A DNA stretch of 64,000 nucleotides from contig NC_135770.1 of NCBI RefSeq assembly GCF_052425735.1, forward strand, positions 15,376,001 to 15,440,000, in the 5' to 3' direction. The notes under the pieces are model-generated. The model saw only the letters and a program-made list of their open reading frames with translations, was not told where the DNA came from and did not search any database. This DNA comes from Oculina patagonica (Eukaryota). A program made the position numbers and the translations under genes. This document shows, in pieces, positions 39,051 through 51,989 of the stretch. Each line of letters opens with the position of its first letter. Positions within the stretch are counted from its first letter, which is position 1.

Positions 39051-39071
39051 CTAGCATTATCGCATCTATGA
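39048..39071 (+). promoter_or_regulatory. Stop-codon readthrough signal TGA-CTAG and 7-codon extension ending in PTS1 (SHL)
   Basis: TGA CTA GCA TTA TCG CAT CTA TGA = X-L-A-L-S-H-L-stop directly after the MDH1 ORF. Confidence 0.85.
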
Positions 39072-40787
39072 GTGTCAAAACACAGTGTAGCGCAGTTTAG
39101 GTCAGAGTGAAGTGTTTTATAACAGTGTAGGAGGCACAACTTGTACGGGTGCTATTTTTGATTTATTTTATTGCAGTAAAATGTAATTAAAGTGCAGTCA
39201 AGTCAAAACAGTGATGGTGTGGTATTTGATTATCTGCTCATGCTGCAGTTTCTTCTCCTTAGTCACCATGAATATAGTTTAAGGGCATTCCTTCCTTGCC
39301 ATCAAAGATGGCCTGTCGTTAAAAAGCGAGCAGAAAATGAGGTCGCTCAAATATTAGTGTTTGACACCAGACAAGGAAGGGTAACTGCAGGATAGCTTTC
39401 TCACTGCTGACTCTAGAAAGTGTTCTCTAAAGTGACGAATTTCAAACTTCAAGCTCTTTCTTAATGTTAGTGTGTTGTTTGAATGTTGTCAGGTTTTGTG
39501 TTAGATCCAACAGGTAGCTATTTCAAAACGAACTAGTGTTTCGTTTCCGGGTCGCAAAACGTTAAGCATAATAATAATATAAGTGATAAGTAGTGGAAAG
39601 ATTGAGGAGAGATGGGTTTGAAATTTTGGGAATGAGTATAACGGATTCGGAAGATTACGAAGCAGTGAGGTCTTTTGCATGCATTCAATTTCGTTTGCCT
39701 TTCGTTTTGCTTTCAAGAGGAAGGTGAAGGTTCGACGGATTTGGCCTTAAAACGTACCCGGATTGCGGATATTTTGCGATACATTGAGCGATTCGCAGCC
39801 AGATTTTGAAAATACAGCGGATTGCAGATTACCTGACAATTTTTGCACTGTCCGTTGTAGGGGAACTTAACAACCCAAAGTTTTCAAGTTATATGGATTC
39901 GGATTTGAACCAGATTTACGGATTTGGCCAAAAAAAAGCACGGGTCGTCGGATTTACGTACCCCTATTCACCCCATCCTTTCAATTTGCCCTTGAGCGCC
40001 GGACAATTCTTCCGTGCGAGCAAACACGAGGCAAAATTTACAAAGTCTGCAATAAGGAAGAATATAGCTAGAATGTTTGCATAACAATTAAACACGGAAA
40101 GGGTTTTTTTATTTTTCACCAATACATCGCTTTAGTCAAACTTGACAGCATTGAAGTCGTCAGAAATTTCAATTTGTAATAATTCTCAATCTTTTTTCCT
40201 CTTCCTGACGATTATATTTTCGATATTTGAAGAACGTTTTTTACCAGGCTGTTTGCCTCTGCCATAACGTGTTGACATTAATTGTGGTTACGAGCGTTCT
40301 ACTGATTGGATAGTAGCCCACACAGTGTAAATAGTTCACATCGAATCTAAAACAATACCGTGTTCGTTTCTGAGGAAACGAATAAAAAAAATCACAGTCA
40401 TAAATTCAATTGAAAGTTATCGGGAAGTATTTTCGTTCTTTGATACCGTTGCTATGTATTCTTTTTACAACAACATTGAAAATGAGATTATGGAGATGAG
40501 GTTTTAGTGTGCTCTCCGCCTCCCGTTTTTGAAAAGAAAAATTTACACCAAGAACAATTTCTGTTGTTTAACAAACTTCTCAGTATTCCGTTCCTTTAAA
40601 CAGACGTTGAACTTTCCCCACTCTTCCCACACACTCAAAGTTTCTGCCACCCAGATAAAGCTAACATAACAATAAGATATTAAGCACAGAGCACTTTTTA
40701 TTAAGACACGTTAAAGAATTGAACTTGATAACAGGAATGCAAGGATACTGAATTGTATGTTTTGGGTTGAGTTGACCTATCAGTGGT

Positions 40788-40885
40788 TAGCCTGCGTGGC
40801 AGACGTAAAAAGGGGGAGGGAAAAAACGCCTCCCTCTCCCTCTTCGTTCCTCCCCTTGCCCTTTCGACGCATGCCATGCAGGCTA
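40788..40885. mobile_element. Short TAGCCTG..CAGGCTA element (also present in duplicate copy 2 near 51412-51509)
   Basis: Ends TAGCCTGCGTGGCAGACGT / ACGCATGCCATGCAGGCTA; decayed 9-bp TSD. Confidence 0.6.
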
Positions 40886-43118
40886 TTCACTGGGAAAAAA
40901 GCCGTACAATAAAACGCACTGAGCAGTGCAAATTTGAAAGCAAAATGAATTGGAAAATTCAATCCGTTGTGGCATAATAATGCTGTTGACACGGGGGTGT
41001 CATTAGTTATAAATTAATACAAAAGTATTCTGATTGCTCGATTAGAATTACTATACCTCTGAATTCCCATTGGAGTGTAAACTCAATCTTGCCGCGCCCA
41101 GTTCCCGCTCGTCCAGGGAGATGTGGGCTCTAGTCGGCGAAAACAATAAAAGTTTCTGTCGGAAAGAGCGGCCGTTCGTGAGCAACCGAAAAGGGCAAAA
41201 ACGCATTTCTTAGCCAAAACTGTTATGCAGCTTTGAGGGCCAAATATTGTGTCGTCTTTCTCTCGCAGCCGGGCGGGTGCGAAGCCTTCCTTTCTAAATT
41301 TGGTCTATCCTTACTGCACGTCAACAATTCTAAAAATACCATGATGAATTCGAGGGCAGGGCTAAAAAAAAGTGGTGTGTGGGTGTGCGAATATAGCCGC
41401 CTCTCACGCTCCGATCCGCTTGTTGCGTTCGGAGCAAGCGGATCGGAGCGTGAGAGGCGGCTGTATTCGCAGGCTATAGGATTAACCGTTTTAGATTGGT
41501 TGGGTTGTTTTGTGTTCTATTGGAAAAACTCGCTTTTGGTTAGTTTGGTTGATCAACTTTCAAGCGGCATCAAACTAGGTTGAAATTCACCAATAGAACA
41601 CTTTTTAAATAACGTTTGGTTAAAATGGTTGACGAATATTTGACAATCCAATTAGCCGAAAATGATTATTTCCAATAGAGCACGAATAAAAATATAACCA
41701 ATCCAACCAGAAGCATATAATGCTTCTGATCCAACTAAACAGACAATCACGTCAATAGAACATGAGCGAATGGTTATCAATCGAGGGGGGCACCAACAAC
41801 TGGTGACGGTTGAAATTGAACACGACCCAAGCGTATCAATAGTTTAGTAGAATCCTAACTTAATTTGCTTTACATAACGAATTCCAAATATTTCTCGGCA
41901 TTTTTAGTAGTATAATCCTTCATGCTCAAGTGTAGCAAAGTCCCAAGCGGACTGAATTATCATTTAAAATTCTGGCAGCTGAGTGTACACGAGTTTAATT
42001 GGCAGTTGGTTTCGAGTTTTTGAAGTCACGAAACAGAGTATCTGTCCATCCTTTAGTTTTCTCAGGAATCTAATTATAAAGTACTTTTGTTTCTAAATCT
42101 TCCTGCGAAACTTCAGAGAAACGAGAAAAAAATAATCATTTTGTGGACGAACTACAGCCCGGCAATAAACAAGAAAATATATCTGTCTCCTGGGAATATG
42201 GCGAGCTCGTGACTCAACCAGTAGCCCATAAAGCGGGTCAATCAGTCCAAGGAAACATGATCAACCATGATCATTTATTACAAAGGAAGAAGGGATATTG
42301 TTGGATTATCTGTTATTAATAGGAAACATGGGAGAAAATGCAAAAAATTCAAAGATTCAAGGAAACTTGTACTCCAAGGCCGTCATTAAAATCCTTATTT
42401 TTGTTCAAAACGTGAATATGCCGACATAAAATGACATGGCATAGTTGACATATGATAACAAAGCTTGTCTATTCACTGAGTGCATCTTAAATTGATTATG
42501 GGACAAGAGAGTGGCTTGTGCTCACGTTTTTAACCCTCAGGTTAACCTCGTCAGTAAGGAAACATTTGTTTTGTTCCTGAACACGCGATGTTACGTGTTC
42601 TTTGGTGGACTTCGAGCAATGTACAACGGCAAACTTGGGCGTTTAAATTGAAATTTTATTTTTTCGCGAAGCAGACTCTTGCTTCATACTGCACAAAAAA
42701 GGACGATGCCGTCCACAGCTTCTTGAACGTTTTTAGGGCGTGGTAACTTCATCCTTGATTGTGGAAACCTATTACAGACAATATAAAAATGCCAGTAAAA
42801 CCTCCGATCAAAATTAATTTTGAATTTAGGTCGAAGTACAAGATATCATCATCAGAGCATGATTGAGTTGCCGTGTGTGAGAATAGGCTGGCAATTCTAT
42901 TTTTCAACACATTAAAGACATAAACAATAAATTTAGCAACTGTGCAAATACTCTCCACTCTCGATCCATAAAATACGCTTCATCATCGATCAAAACTCGG
43001 ACTAAACGGATAGCTGATACTCTATCTCACCCCACCTGACCACTTTAAAGTTAAGTTGCTTTTAAAATGTTGTTGATCTTTCAACAGCTGTATCAGAGCG
43101 CTGCACGGCATGAAACAA

Positions 43119-43124
43119 TATAAA
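43119..43124 (+). promoter_or_regulatory. TATA box of ependymin-like gene copy 1 (copy 2 at 60840-60845)
   Basis: TATAAA about 25-35 nt upstream of Inr-like TCACTT/TCAGT and 83 nt upstream of the ATG; conserved in both copies. Confidence 0.6.
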
Positions 43125-43201
43125 CAGATGCAGAATAGAATCTACTTCACTTCTTCAGTGTTGTGAAGTACTCCGTGTAGTTTCTGAAGAACTGCGTCAA
43201 G

Positions 43202-46200
43202 ATGAAAACCATTTTCTTTCTCGTTGCTGTTGCTCTGTTTATTGGCATTCCTAACACCAATGCCTCAAGCTCTGCAAACCAGTCCGTACCATGCTCTAGT
43301 AAGTAACCTTTTGTGAGAATGCCGACATCGTTTTTTCAAACCAGTTTATCTGAGAAGAACAAATTTACGAGTTCGTTGATCAAATCAAACATTTATACAA
43401 ATGCGAAACGGAGCTAAGGAACTGGAACGCAAAGAAATTGCAGTTTTATATGTTGAAGGCAAATTGAACCTGCAGTTCAGAGAGAGATCGACTCGCATGA
43501 GATGCAACCTGCGCACGATCGAATGGATAGTGACAAGAACAATGATAATACACGTGTCTGAAGAGAATTAACTCAGCGAAATAACATTTACATTGGAATT
43601 CGGGAACTTTTCATTATAATCCCAGTAGAAAAACTCAACTAATTTTACTTTTCAATCCCAGTGTAATCTTCCTGCTGATAGTTCTAGAACAAGGAGGGTC
43701 GTGGGTTCGATTTCTTATCCGGTTCTCAGATTTTTTTCTGAGTATCTTTATGATTGATTCTTATACAATTTCTTATTTCTTATCAGTTTAATCTTATACG
43801 TTTTTTTTTTCAGATTTTCCTCGCAAGTTAAACGGAACAGTAATTGTGGTAAGTTTCCTAAAAAAAAACACTGGGTGTTAGTCTTTTTCTGTTTAAATGG
43901 GAAACATCGAATTCATTATATATTTTTTTGTATAAAAATAGTTGGCGTGTTGAATATTGAGGGTATAAATGGGGGGAGGGGTCCACATGTCGGTAGTCAG
44001 TTGTTCATGGTTTTCAGTTATATTATTCGCCCTTTGTCGCTAGTCGGTTAACCCCATTCAGACCTTGGATCGTCTAAGCGGTCAGCTAGATATGATGATG
44101 GGATGGAAATCAGTCAAATCCCTTGTTGGGAGATTCTTATCAACCAAGCGCGAGGTTATACTGAGAGAGTATCTTCAAAGGTCTTTCTGGTATGGACCAA
44201 GTAAAGTTTGCTATTCTAAATATTTTTTCTGCTGATCGCTCATCGGTAGTCAATCGATTGTTATAGTCCTCTTATTTTCTCTTGTTACATCCTAAAAGAA
44301 CTCCGTGTGTTACTGTAAAAAGCAGAGACAAGGAAAGATGCTTTACAATAAACTTACCGTGTGCAGATTGGCAACATCAAAGTTCTCTGTTAACAATAAT
44401 TTTCATTTGTTGTACCTGTTCTGCTGAAGGAAGTAAAAAGCCAACTCTTTATTTAATTCAGACATCACCTGAGCGGACTGACTTGCAAATGGCAAATGCC
44501 ATCTTAACGCGAAACTCCGGGGTTTTTGGTCTCTTTTTGTATTTCTGAACTCACAGAAATGAGACTCGATCAATGCAAACAATAAAGGCAAAAATATTTT
44601 TGTGCTTTTTGTTCTAAAAACGTCAATCAATCTCGACGCAATACTAATTTATGTATTACAGCCTGTAGAAACATCACGAAACGCTTCGTGCCAGATATCG
44701 TGAACTGCATGCAGCCACCTATATTATTTATTTATTTATTTTTTATTAACAGCATTGTAGAAGTAAAGTAATGTCCAAGTATGATCTTCATGCCTTATTT
44801 TAGGCTACAGCGTCGGACTCAGGATCCAGCCAGACAATGCGCTTGTTTTTTAACATGGACTTGGATATTCAACGTGTTCATGTGGAAGGTGACTTAATAG
44901 GACTGGGAACAGCCAGCGTGATAGTGGATCTTAAGAAGGTAAAAGCAACATTAGGGGTAATGGAGGTTAAAGAAAAAAATCCAACAAACCCAAGTAAGGT
45001 TCTTGCGATCTTAAAAATATCTCATTTACAACTGGATGCCGGTTTTAAGTTGCTGAAGAAGCTAGTTTACAGTATTTTAACCGAAACGTCCCATTTTAAA
45101 ATTTATTAAATCAGTGACAACAAATTTTAAGTTTACGCAATAAACCGCGAGGTTCAGAATTTACACAAATTATCAATAATTGGTCGGTAAAACGACTGTT
45201 GACTTTTAATTGATTTCTGTAATTTATTTAAGAGTCGATCACGGGATACTATGATTTTGAAATCTCTTTACCAAATTAGGGTGGGCGCACGGAGGTATTA
45301 TGGATAGTCCGGGGATTCTGGATCAAGATTTTCATGTTTAACCCTGATCGGGGTCCAACACACTTGACTCTTACAGCACCTCTCTCAATCCAGTGTTATG
45401 GCAACCAATTTTACCGTTTTACAGTAAAGGCAAAACAAACCTTCAGTTCAAGGTCTATTTGTATTTCTTACTGGTACCTCCGGAGTGGGAGGCGCGCTGG
45501 CCTTATGGTTAGCGCGCTCGCCTCCGAGTCGAACGGCCCGGGTTCGAGGCCTGGCCGGGGCGCTGCGTTGTGTTCTTGGGCAAGACACTTTACTCTCACA
45601 GTGCCTCTCTCCACCCAGGTGTATAAATGGGTACCCGCGAATTTACTGCTGGGGGTAACCTTGCGATGGACTAGCATCCCATCCAGGGGGGAGTAGCAAT
45701 ACTCCTAGTCGCTTAATGCTACGGAAACTGGGATAAGCTCCGGCCTGTATGGGCCACTAGGCTCGAAGCAGACTTTACTTTACTTTTACCTCCGGAGTGT
45801 TTTTTACTTTGCAACACTGAAATCAGGGTCCAATAAAGGGGACGTAGCCCGGGTGCCTCAATATTATTTTGCTGCAAAGCGTGGGGCCCCGAAAATAATT
45901 GTTACAGAACCCGGAGTCCTGTTTTTACGGGGCCAGGAGCGGACCCCTAAACCTTACAAATAGCATGCCCTACACAGGAAGCTAGCCACCTACACAGTGC
46001 ATGCGCTCGGCACTTGGCTCACCGCGCAATCTTTCGGGCCCAGAGAGCGTCTTGCCGGATAGGAAGCCGGCCATGATGTAGCTTGTTTAAAGATAAGTTT
46101 CTCAACAGGGCAAGCTTTATCTGACTTTGTTTGGAAGATGTCACGCTATAGATGTTGGCAAAATCCCGTTTGGCATGGATGTAATAAAGAAAATGAAATT

Positions 46201-47458
46201 GGAAGCTTCTGGTGTGCTTGGAATAAAGGGAACCTCAGTGGACTTGTACTCTTACTACTACATACCACTCAAAGGTGAGGCGGATTGCAGTCTGGGAATT
46301 TTTTCCCAGCATTCACAATACATAAGATAACTTATAGTAAAGCAACATCCCGCTGAAAAGTTCGGGGTCACTTAGTAACAGAAATAGTGAATAGGCAATT
46401 GTTGTGTTTATTGACGTATTTTAAATAAAGGCGACTTAAATTTAGAAACTTTCAAAATAGAGGAATTTTAACGTTAACGAGAAATATTTATTTTGTTTTG
46501 GACATAACTGGAACGGCATAAGAAACACAACAGGAACTGGAAGAAGTGAAACATAAACATATATGCGAGGCTATTTTGGGCAAATTTCTATTTTCTGCCC
46601 GAAATTGTCCCCGAATCGAAATTACCTTCCGTCCATGATTTTGTATTGTTGACTTGGCTCTTCCTTGGTTTCATTATCATAAATGCCCCGAAACAAGTGC
46701 ACATGTTCACCAAGAAGCCAAGCAGTCATTTGACTTAAATATAACTTATTATTCCTTTTTCAGCAACTGGCTTGTTTACAGCTGAGTCCGGTGATCAGTG
46801 CATGCCAGTAAGCGACTCTGCCAAACATAAAGGAGGTGCCTCAACAGCAGTGTAAGGGACTTACTAATACTATTCTCTATAAATGATATGTTGTCAAAGA
46901 AATTAATTTCAACTGTTCAAGTCAACTGGTGACTGCTTAAGCTTTAAACGAGAACTGTCTTTGAAAATTTTGTGAATGATAATAATAAATTAAAAAATAC
47001 TCCATCAATTACTTGATTTGACTAAAACACCGGCAGTATAACTAAAAAAAAATTGCTTCATAGCAATTAGGCTATTTTTGCTATTAAAGTGAAGGGTGCT
47101 ACCTTACTGAAGTTTCATATACACCTCACTGGCAAAGAATGCTGTAGTGTATTGTCTATATTGTGCGCTAGAAGTCTGTGCATGCGATGCGGACCACGTA
47201 TTATACCCTGATCTGAAAGCAGTACAATGGTTATCTTTCTAGTCAAAATCTACTACATCGAAGCCCCAACCCAGTGGTTAAGTTACTACAGAACCCACTG
47301 ATGATTTTTCTTTTTTTGTTTATAGTTTCCTTGATTTGAAAACTACCGTCGACTCTGACAAACTGAAGATACCTCACCAGTGTAAACCGGTACCAGCCCG
47401 CCGCTCCATCCTGAAGCAAAAAATCAAGCGGAGCTTTCCGTGGATTTCTCTGGACTGA
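43202..47458 (+). CDS. Secreted ependymin-related (EPDR-like) protein, 217 aa; exons 43202-43298, 43814-43848, 44804-44938, 46109-46274, 46764-46851, 47326-47458
   Basis: Signal peptide MKTIFFLVAVALFIGIPNTNA. Six GT-AG exons join in frame (654 nt). Four Cys in ependymin-like contexts: PCSNFPRKLNG, IVDLKKGKLY..GRC, QCMPV, KLKIPHQC. N-glycan sequons NAS, NQS, NGT. AATAAA at 47628-47633. Gene model is strong; family call is by motif recognition only. Confidence 0.82.
45488..45786 (+). mobile_element. Young tRNA-derived SINE with TSD
   Basis: A box TGGCCTTATGG, B box GGTTCGAGGCC, (CTTTA)n tail, TSD TACCTCCGGAGTG (45475-45487, 45787-45799). Absent at the equivalent site of copy 2 (~63356). Confidence 0.93.
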
Positions 47459-50400
47459 GGCTCAAGGCTCAAGCTGCTTTAAAACGGGAATTCCCTTTGG
47501 GTTTTGCATAACGTTGTTGAGCAAAAACTCCCCATCGTACATCGACAAGAAAGTAAACTTAAGAGGTGTTGGTTTAGAATAGACTACACTGGGTATGATG
47601 ATATAATGTAATTTGTTGTCCAACAACAATAAAGAAAGTTAGGTTATCATTACATGGCGTTGTGACTTTACTTGACTATCAAACTTACATACAAATCTTC
47701 TGGAATTGAATTGCCAACCTTTTTAATTAACAGTTATAGAGCGAAATCGCGCGGAATGTCGCTGATACTTAGCCGACGAGACCGTAGGTGGATTTGGTTT
47801 AGTATCAGGCGATATTCCGCAAGGGTCTGTTTCCATGGAGGGGGCCCGCCAAGAACGGCTAAAACACAACAGAGAAATTTCGAACCCTTCAACCCGGGTT
47901 ATGGAAGTGTTTTTAAAAAATTGCCGCGACGTGGGTAGGATCTGGAATTACATTTAGCAAGAAAGGAAAAGAAAGAAAGAAGGAATTCAAAAGTTCAAAG
48001 ACAACAATCGCATCAAGGTGATTATTGTAACAATGTTTAATGTAACGATGTATTTTACGAATACAATTAACAACAAAACCGCGAAAAACTATCTTAAAAT
48101 AGGTCCGGAGGTGAATTATTTCATAATCACCTAAGACGCTTTGACCAACCTGCAGAAGTTACAAGGGTCTATATATTACACCATCAAACCTTGCATCACG
48201 TAAGCCTGAAATGTCACGATGCAAAATTCATTTTGACAATATCGCCCTTCTTTGTGCCTTCGAATTATTTCTTTTGCGATTTGATGTTTGTTTAACCGAT
48301 TTATCCCGGGTGAACCGTCACGTATGCCTACAGCAAGTGTAAGCGCCAGTCAGTTTTTTGGCTTGGGACGTTTTGTGCAGGGTTACTTGGTTTGATGATT
48401 CGTTATGTAAACTGCTTCACTTCTTTTCCTGATTCTTTTTCTTCCACGCTTCTATCTTTTCTCTTTCCAACCTTTGTTGTTCCAAAAGTCTTGGATCAGG
48501 AGGTGCAACAAAATCTTGCCACTTTTTCTGTTGATAAAAAAAAAAGTCGTAATTTAAAGTCATGAGATTTTTTTTTTCGGTAAAAGACAATAAAAGACTT
48601 CCCAGAGCTCGAATACGAGAAAGATGTAGGCCATATTCAAAAAAGTAGGTTCAAAGTACTGAAGGCTCAAATGTAACAAACATCCCACATAAAAACTCCA
48701 GGATAGTTTGTCGATGTGTGAAAATGTGTAGAAAGAAATTACAAGCTTAGTAGAAATGTAAAGAAAATTTTATTCAGTCTGTGGGAAAGCAATTACTAAA
48801 GCTTGTTTTATTTTGTATTTTATTTTGTTTTTGAGCTATAAACACACACAGTTTACAATAGACCATTTGCATTATGACGTAAAAGCGCAAAGACTTCTGG
48901 TAGTTGTAGGTAGGTTCGCGGGAAATTTTGAATCGTCATCAAGCTCGCTTGCCCAAGAAAATCGTGATGGAGGTAAAGAAAATTACTCTCACCGAAGAAG
49001 ACGTCCCTGTGGCTTCATTTAAAGGGCAAAAAACAACCTCTCAGTATAAAACCAAGTCCGTTAAAATAAAAAAAAAAGCTATGCAAGAAATTGTATATTT
49101 GCTGGGTTGCGTTTTGTAGTGAAGTTTCAACGAGTGTTTCCTCCAAGTCTCAGTCGCGCGGTTATTTAGTTAAATTCCTAAAACTTTTGCTTACCAGGTA
49201 TTTTCAAATAATATACGAAGACGCAATATTTTACCCTTTCTAAACATGGGGGAGCACAGTACATGATTTCTACACTCGTAAAAATATTTGAGGCTCACCT
49301 TTCGAGTCGCACAAGTAATCGTTCATCAACAAGATTATGGAAATAAAATTATATTTGCTCGCACGGCCCTCGCTCGGATTGAAACCACAACTGCTACTCG
49401 ACGAGTTGACATTTCCAGTACAAAAACAAGAAAACTTCTTTGTTAAAGAATATTGCAATTACAGTTCTAATTTGACGAAAAAATACAATTTTAGATAAAA
49501 ACAAATGATCTGTATTCACCTACACAGGGAAGTTTTGATTGATCAGCTTGAAAATCCTTTATGATTGACGATGACCCTTCATGATTCATCGATGAAGCTC
49601 GATTGAACGAGGAAAATTATTTGACTCGTTTCTCTGTCTCACTGTAAAAATAAATTGAACTGACCGTCCCGCCGAGCAATCATGATATATGGTAAATTTT
49701 CTAAGCTTTTCAGTGAAGAATATAATTCACCTGTGATCGATGGAAGCGATCGTTTGTTGAACGTCTGAAAATCGATTAAGAACAAAGTCAATGGCTTGCC
49801 TTGCTTTCACTTGATTCCACATAAATTTAGTTATATCCTCGACTCGTCCTTTCAAGCAATCTGTTTCCAGTGCGCTTTTTTTTGAAACTGTGATATAAGG
49901 CTAAAATTATTCACGAAGAGAAGTTGTCGGCTGCGATGAATGAATCTCTAGCAAGTCAACTCCGCCAAACTTACTTGAACACGAACAACATAGTCCAGTC
50001 AATATAAGCCATTTCGTTGTCCAACCCAAAACAAATTGCAACAAAAATTAAACATGCCTTATTCGACTTTGCATATATTGAGGAATAACATACTAAAAGT
50101 CACCTCGTCTTTTTTTGCGATATTTGAACTACAATGAAAGATGAGAAATTTAATTTATGCATAAATAATGTGATTTTTACAAGTAACATTGAAGGGTCCT
50201 TATCGACAGAAATAATCAAGCTAGCAAAACCAAACAACGACAAGCCAACAAATCAGTTTACAAAAAATGTAGCAGTTATTACTTATCCTATTTATTGCGT
50301 GAAATGACATTACTATTCTGCCCTTTTTGGTACCTTAGAGAACGTACTACCAGCGGCCGGATTCTGGCATAGATGCAAGTATGGTAACAACGTTCGCTAA

Positions 50401-51989
50401 TCGGATATTTCATTAAAAAAGCTGAGTTTTCTTCAAAAATTAAAGACAGTGAAAACTGATAAAGTATAATTATACCTTTTGGATGAAAGAATAAACGCTG
50501 GTCAAAAAAGTTACCGTCTGAAAACTAGAATTGCGGCAAACAATTAAAAGCAAAAAAAGCACGGGTCGTCGGATTTACGTACCCCTATTCACCCCATCCT
50601 TTCAATTTGCCCTTGAGCGCCGGACAATTCTTCCGTGCGAGCAAACACGAGGCAAAATTTACAAAGTCTGCAATAAGAAAGAATATAGCTAGAATGTTTG
50701 CATAACAATTAAACACGGAAAGGGTTTTTTTTTATTTTTCACCAATACATCGCTTTAGTAAAACTTGACAGCATTGAAGTCGTCAGAAATTTCAATTTGT
50801 AATAATTCTCAATCTTTTTTCCTCTTCCTGACGATTATATTTTCGATATTTGAAGAACGTTTTTTACCAGGCTGTTTGCCTCTGCCATAACGTGTTGACA
50901 TTAATTGTGGTTACGAGCGTTCTACTGATTGGATAGTAGCCCCCACAGTGTAAATAGTTCACATCGAATCTAAAACAATACCGTGTTCGTTTCTGAGGAA
51001 ACGAATAAAAAAAAATCACAGTCATAAATTCAATTGAAAGTTATCGGGAAGTATTTTCGTTCTTTGATACCGTTGCTATGTATTCTTTTTACAACAACAT
51101 TGAAAATGAGATTATGGAGATGAGGTTTTAGCGTGCTCTCCGCCTCCCGTTTTTGAAAAGAAAAATTTACACCAAGAACAATTTCTGTTGTTTAACAAAC
51201 TTCTCAGTATTCCGTTCCTTTAAACAGACGTTGAACTTTCCCCACTCTTCCCACACACTGAAAGTTTCTGCCACCCAGATAAAGCTAACATAACAATAAG
51301 ATATTAAGCACAAAGCACTTTTTATTAAGACACGTTAAAAAATTGAACTTGATAACAGGAATGCAAGGATACTGAATTGTATGTTTTGGGTTGAGTTGAC
51401 CTATCAGTGGTTAGCCTGCGTGGCAGACGTAAAAAGGGGGAGGGAAAAAACGCCTCCCTCTCCCTCTTCGTTTCTCCCCTTGCCCTTTCGACGCATGCCA
51501 TGCAGGCTATTCACTGGGAAAAAAGCCGTACAATAAAACGCACTGAGCAGTTCAAATTTGAAAGCAAAATGAATTGGAAAATTCAATCCGTTGTGGCATA
51601 ATAATGCTGTTGACACGGGGGTGTCATTAGTTTAAAGGAGAAGTTCACTCCAGAATGGCCATTTATTTTCTTTACGCCAATAAAAAGTTTATGCAAAGAT
51701 ATGTTATTCACCAAAATTTCAGCCTCCAACGTGCGCTATAACCCTACGAAATCTTTCTTTGAAGTAGCCCAAAACTCGACAACTGAACGCCGCCATTTTG
51801 GAGCCTGATAATGTATGCGTGACGTCAAAGAGCTCAGCGTGAAGTTTGGCGGGAAAGTTTTAATAGTCGAAACTCCTTGTTTCTTTGTTGTGGCGTTTGT
51901 TTGTCAAAATACAAATGAGAAAATACAAATCTTTTCGCCGTCTTTCAATATCTCAAAGAAAAATTACTCAATAAGAATGGGTAGGGACG

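Larger units (their letters stand above)
39929..50550 (+). repeat. Tandem segmental duplication, unit 1 (~10.6 kb)
   Basis: 39929-46435 aligns collinearly with 50551-64000 once insertions are removed. The remainder of the unit cannot be compared because copy 2 leaves the window. Confidence 0.9.

Noticed and set aside
41233-41583. 116-aa ORF conserved in both duplicates (also 58996-59346)
   Set aside because: Non-ATG start, spans a hairpin MITE, and its conservation merely reflects the recent duplication.
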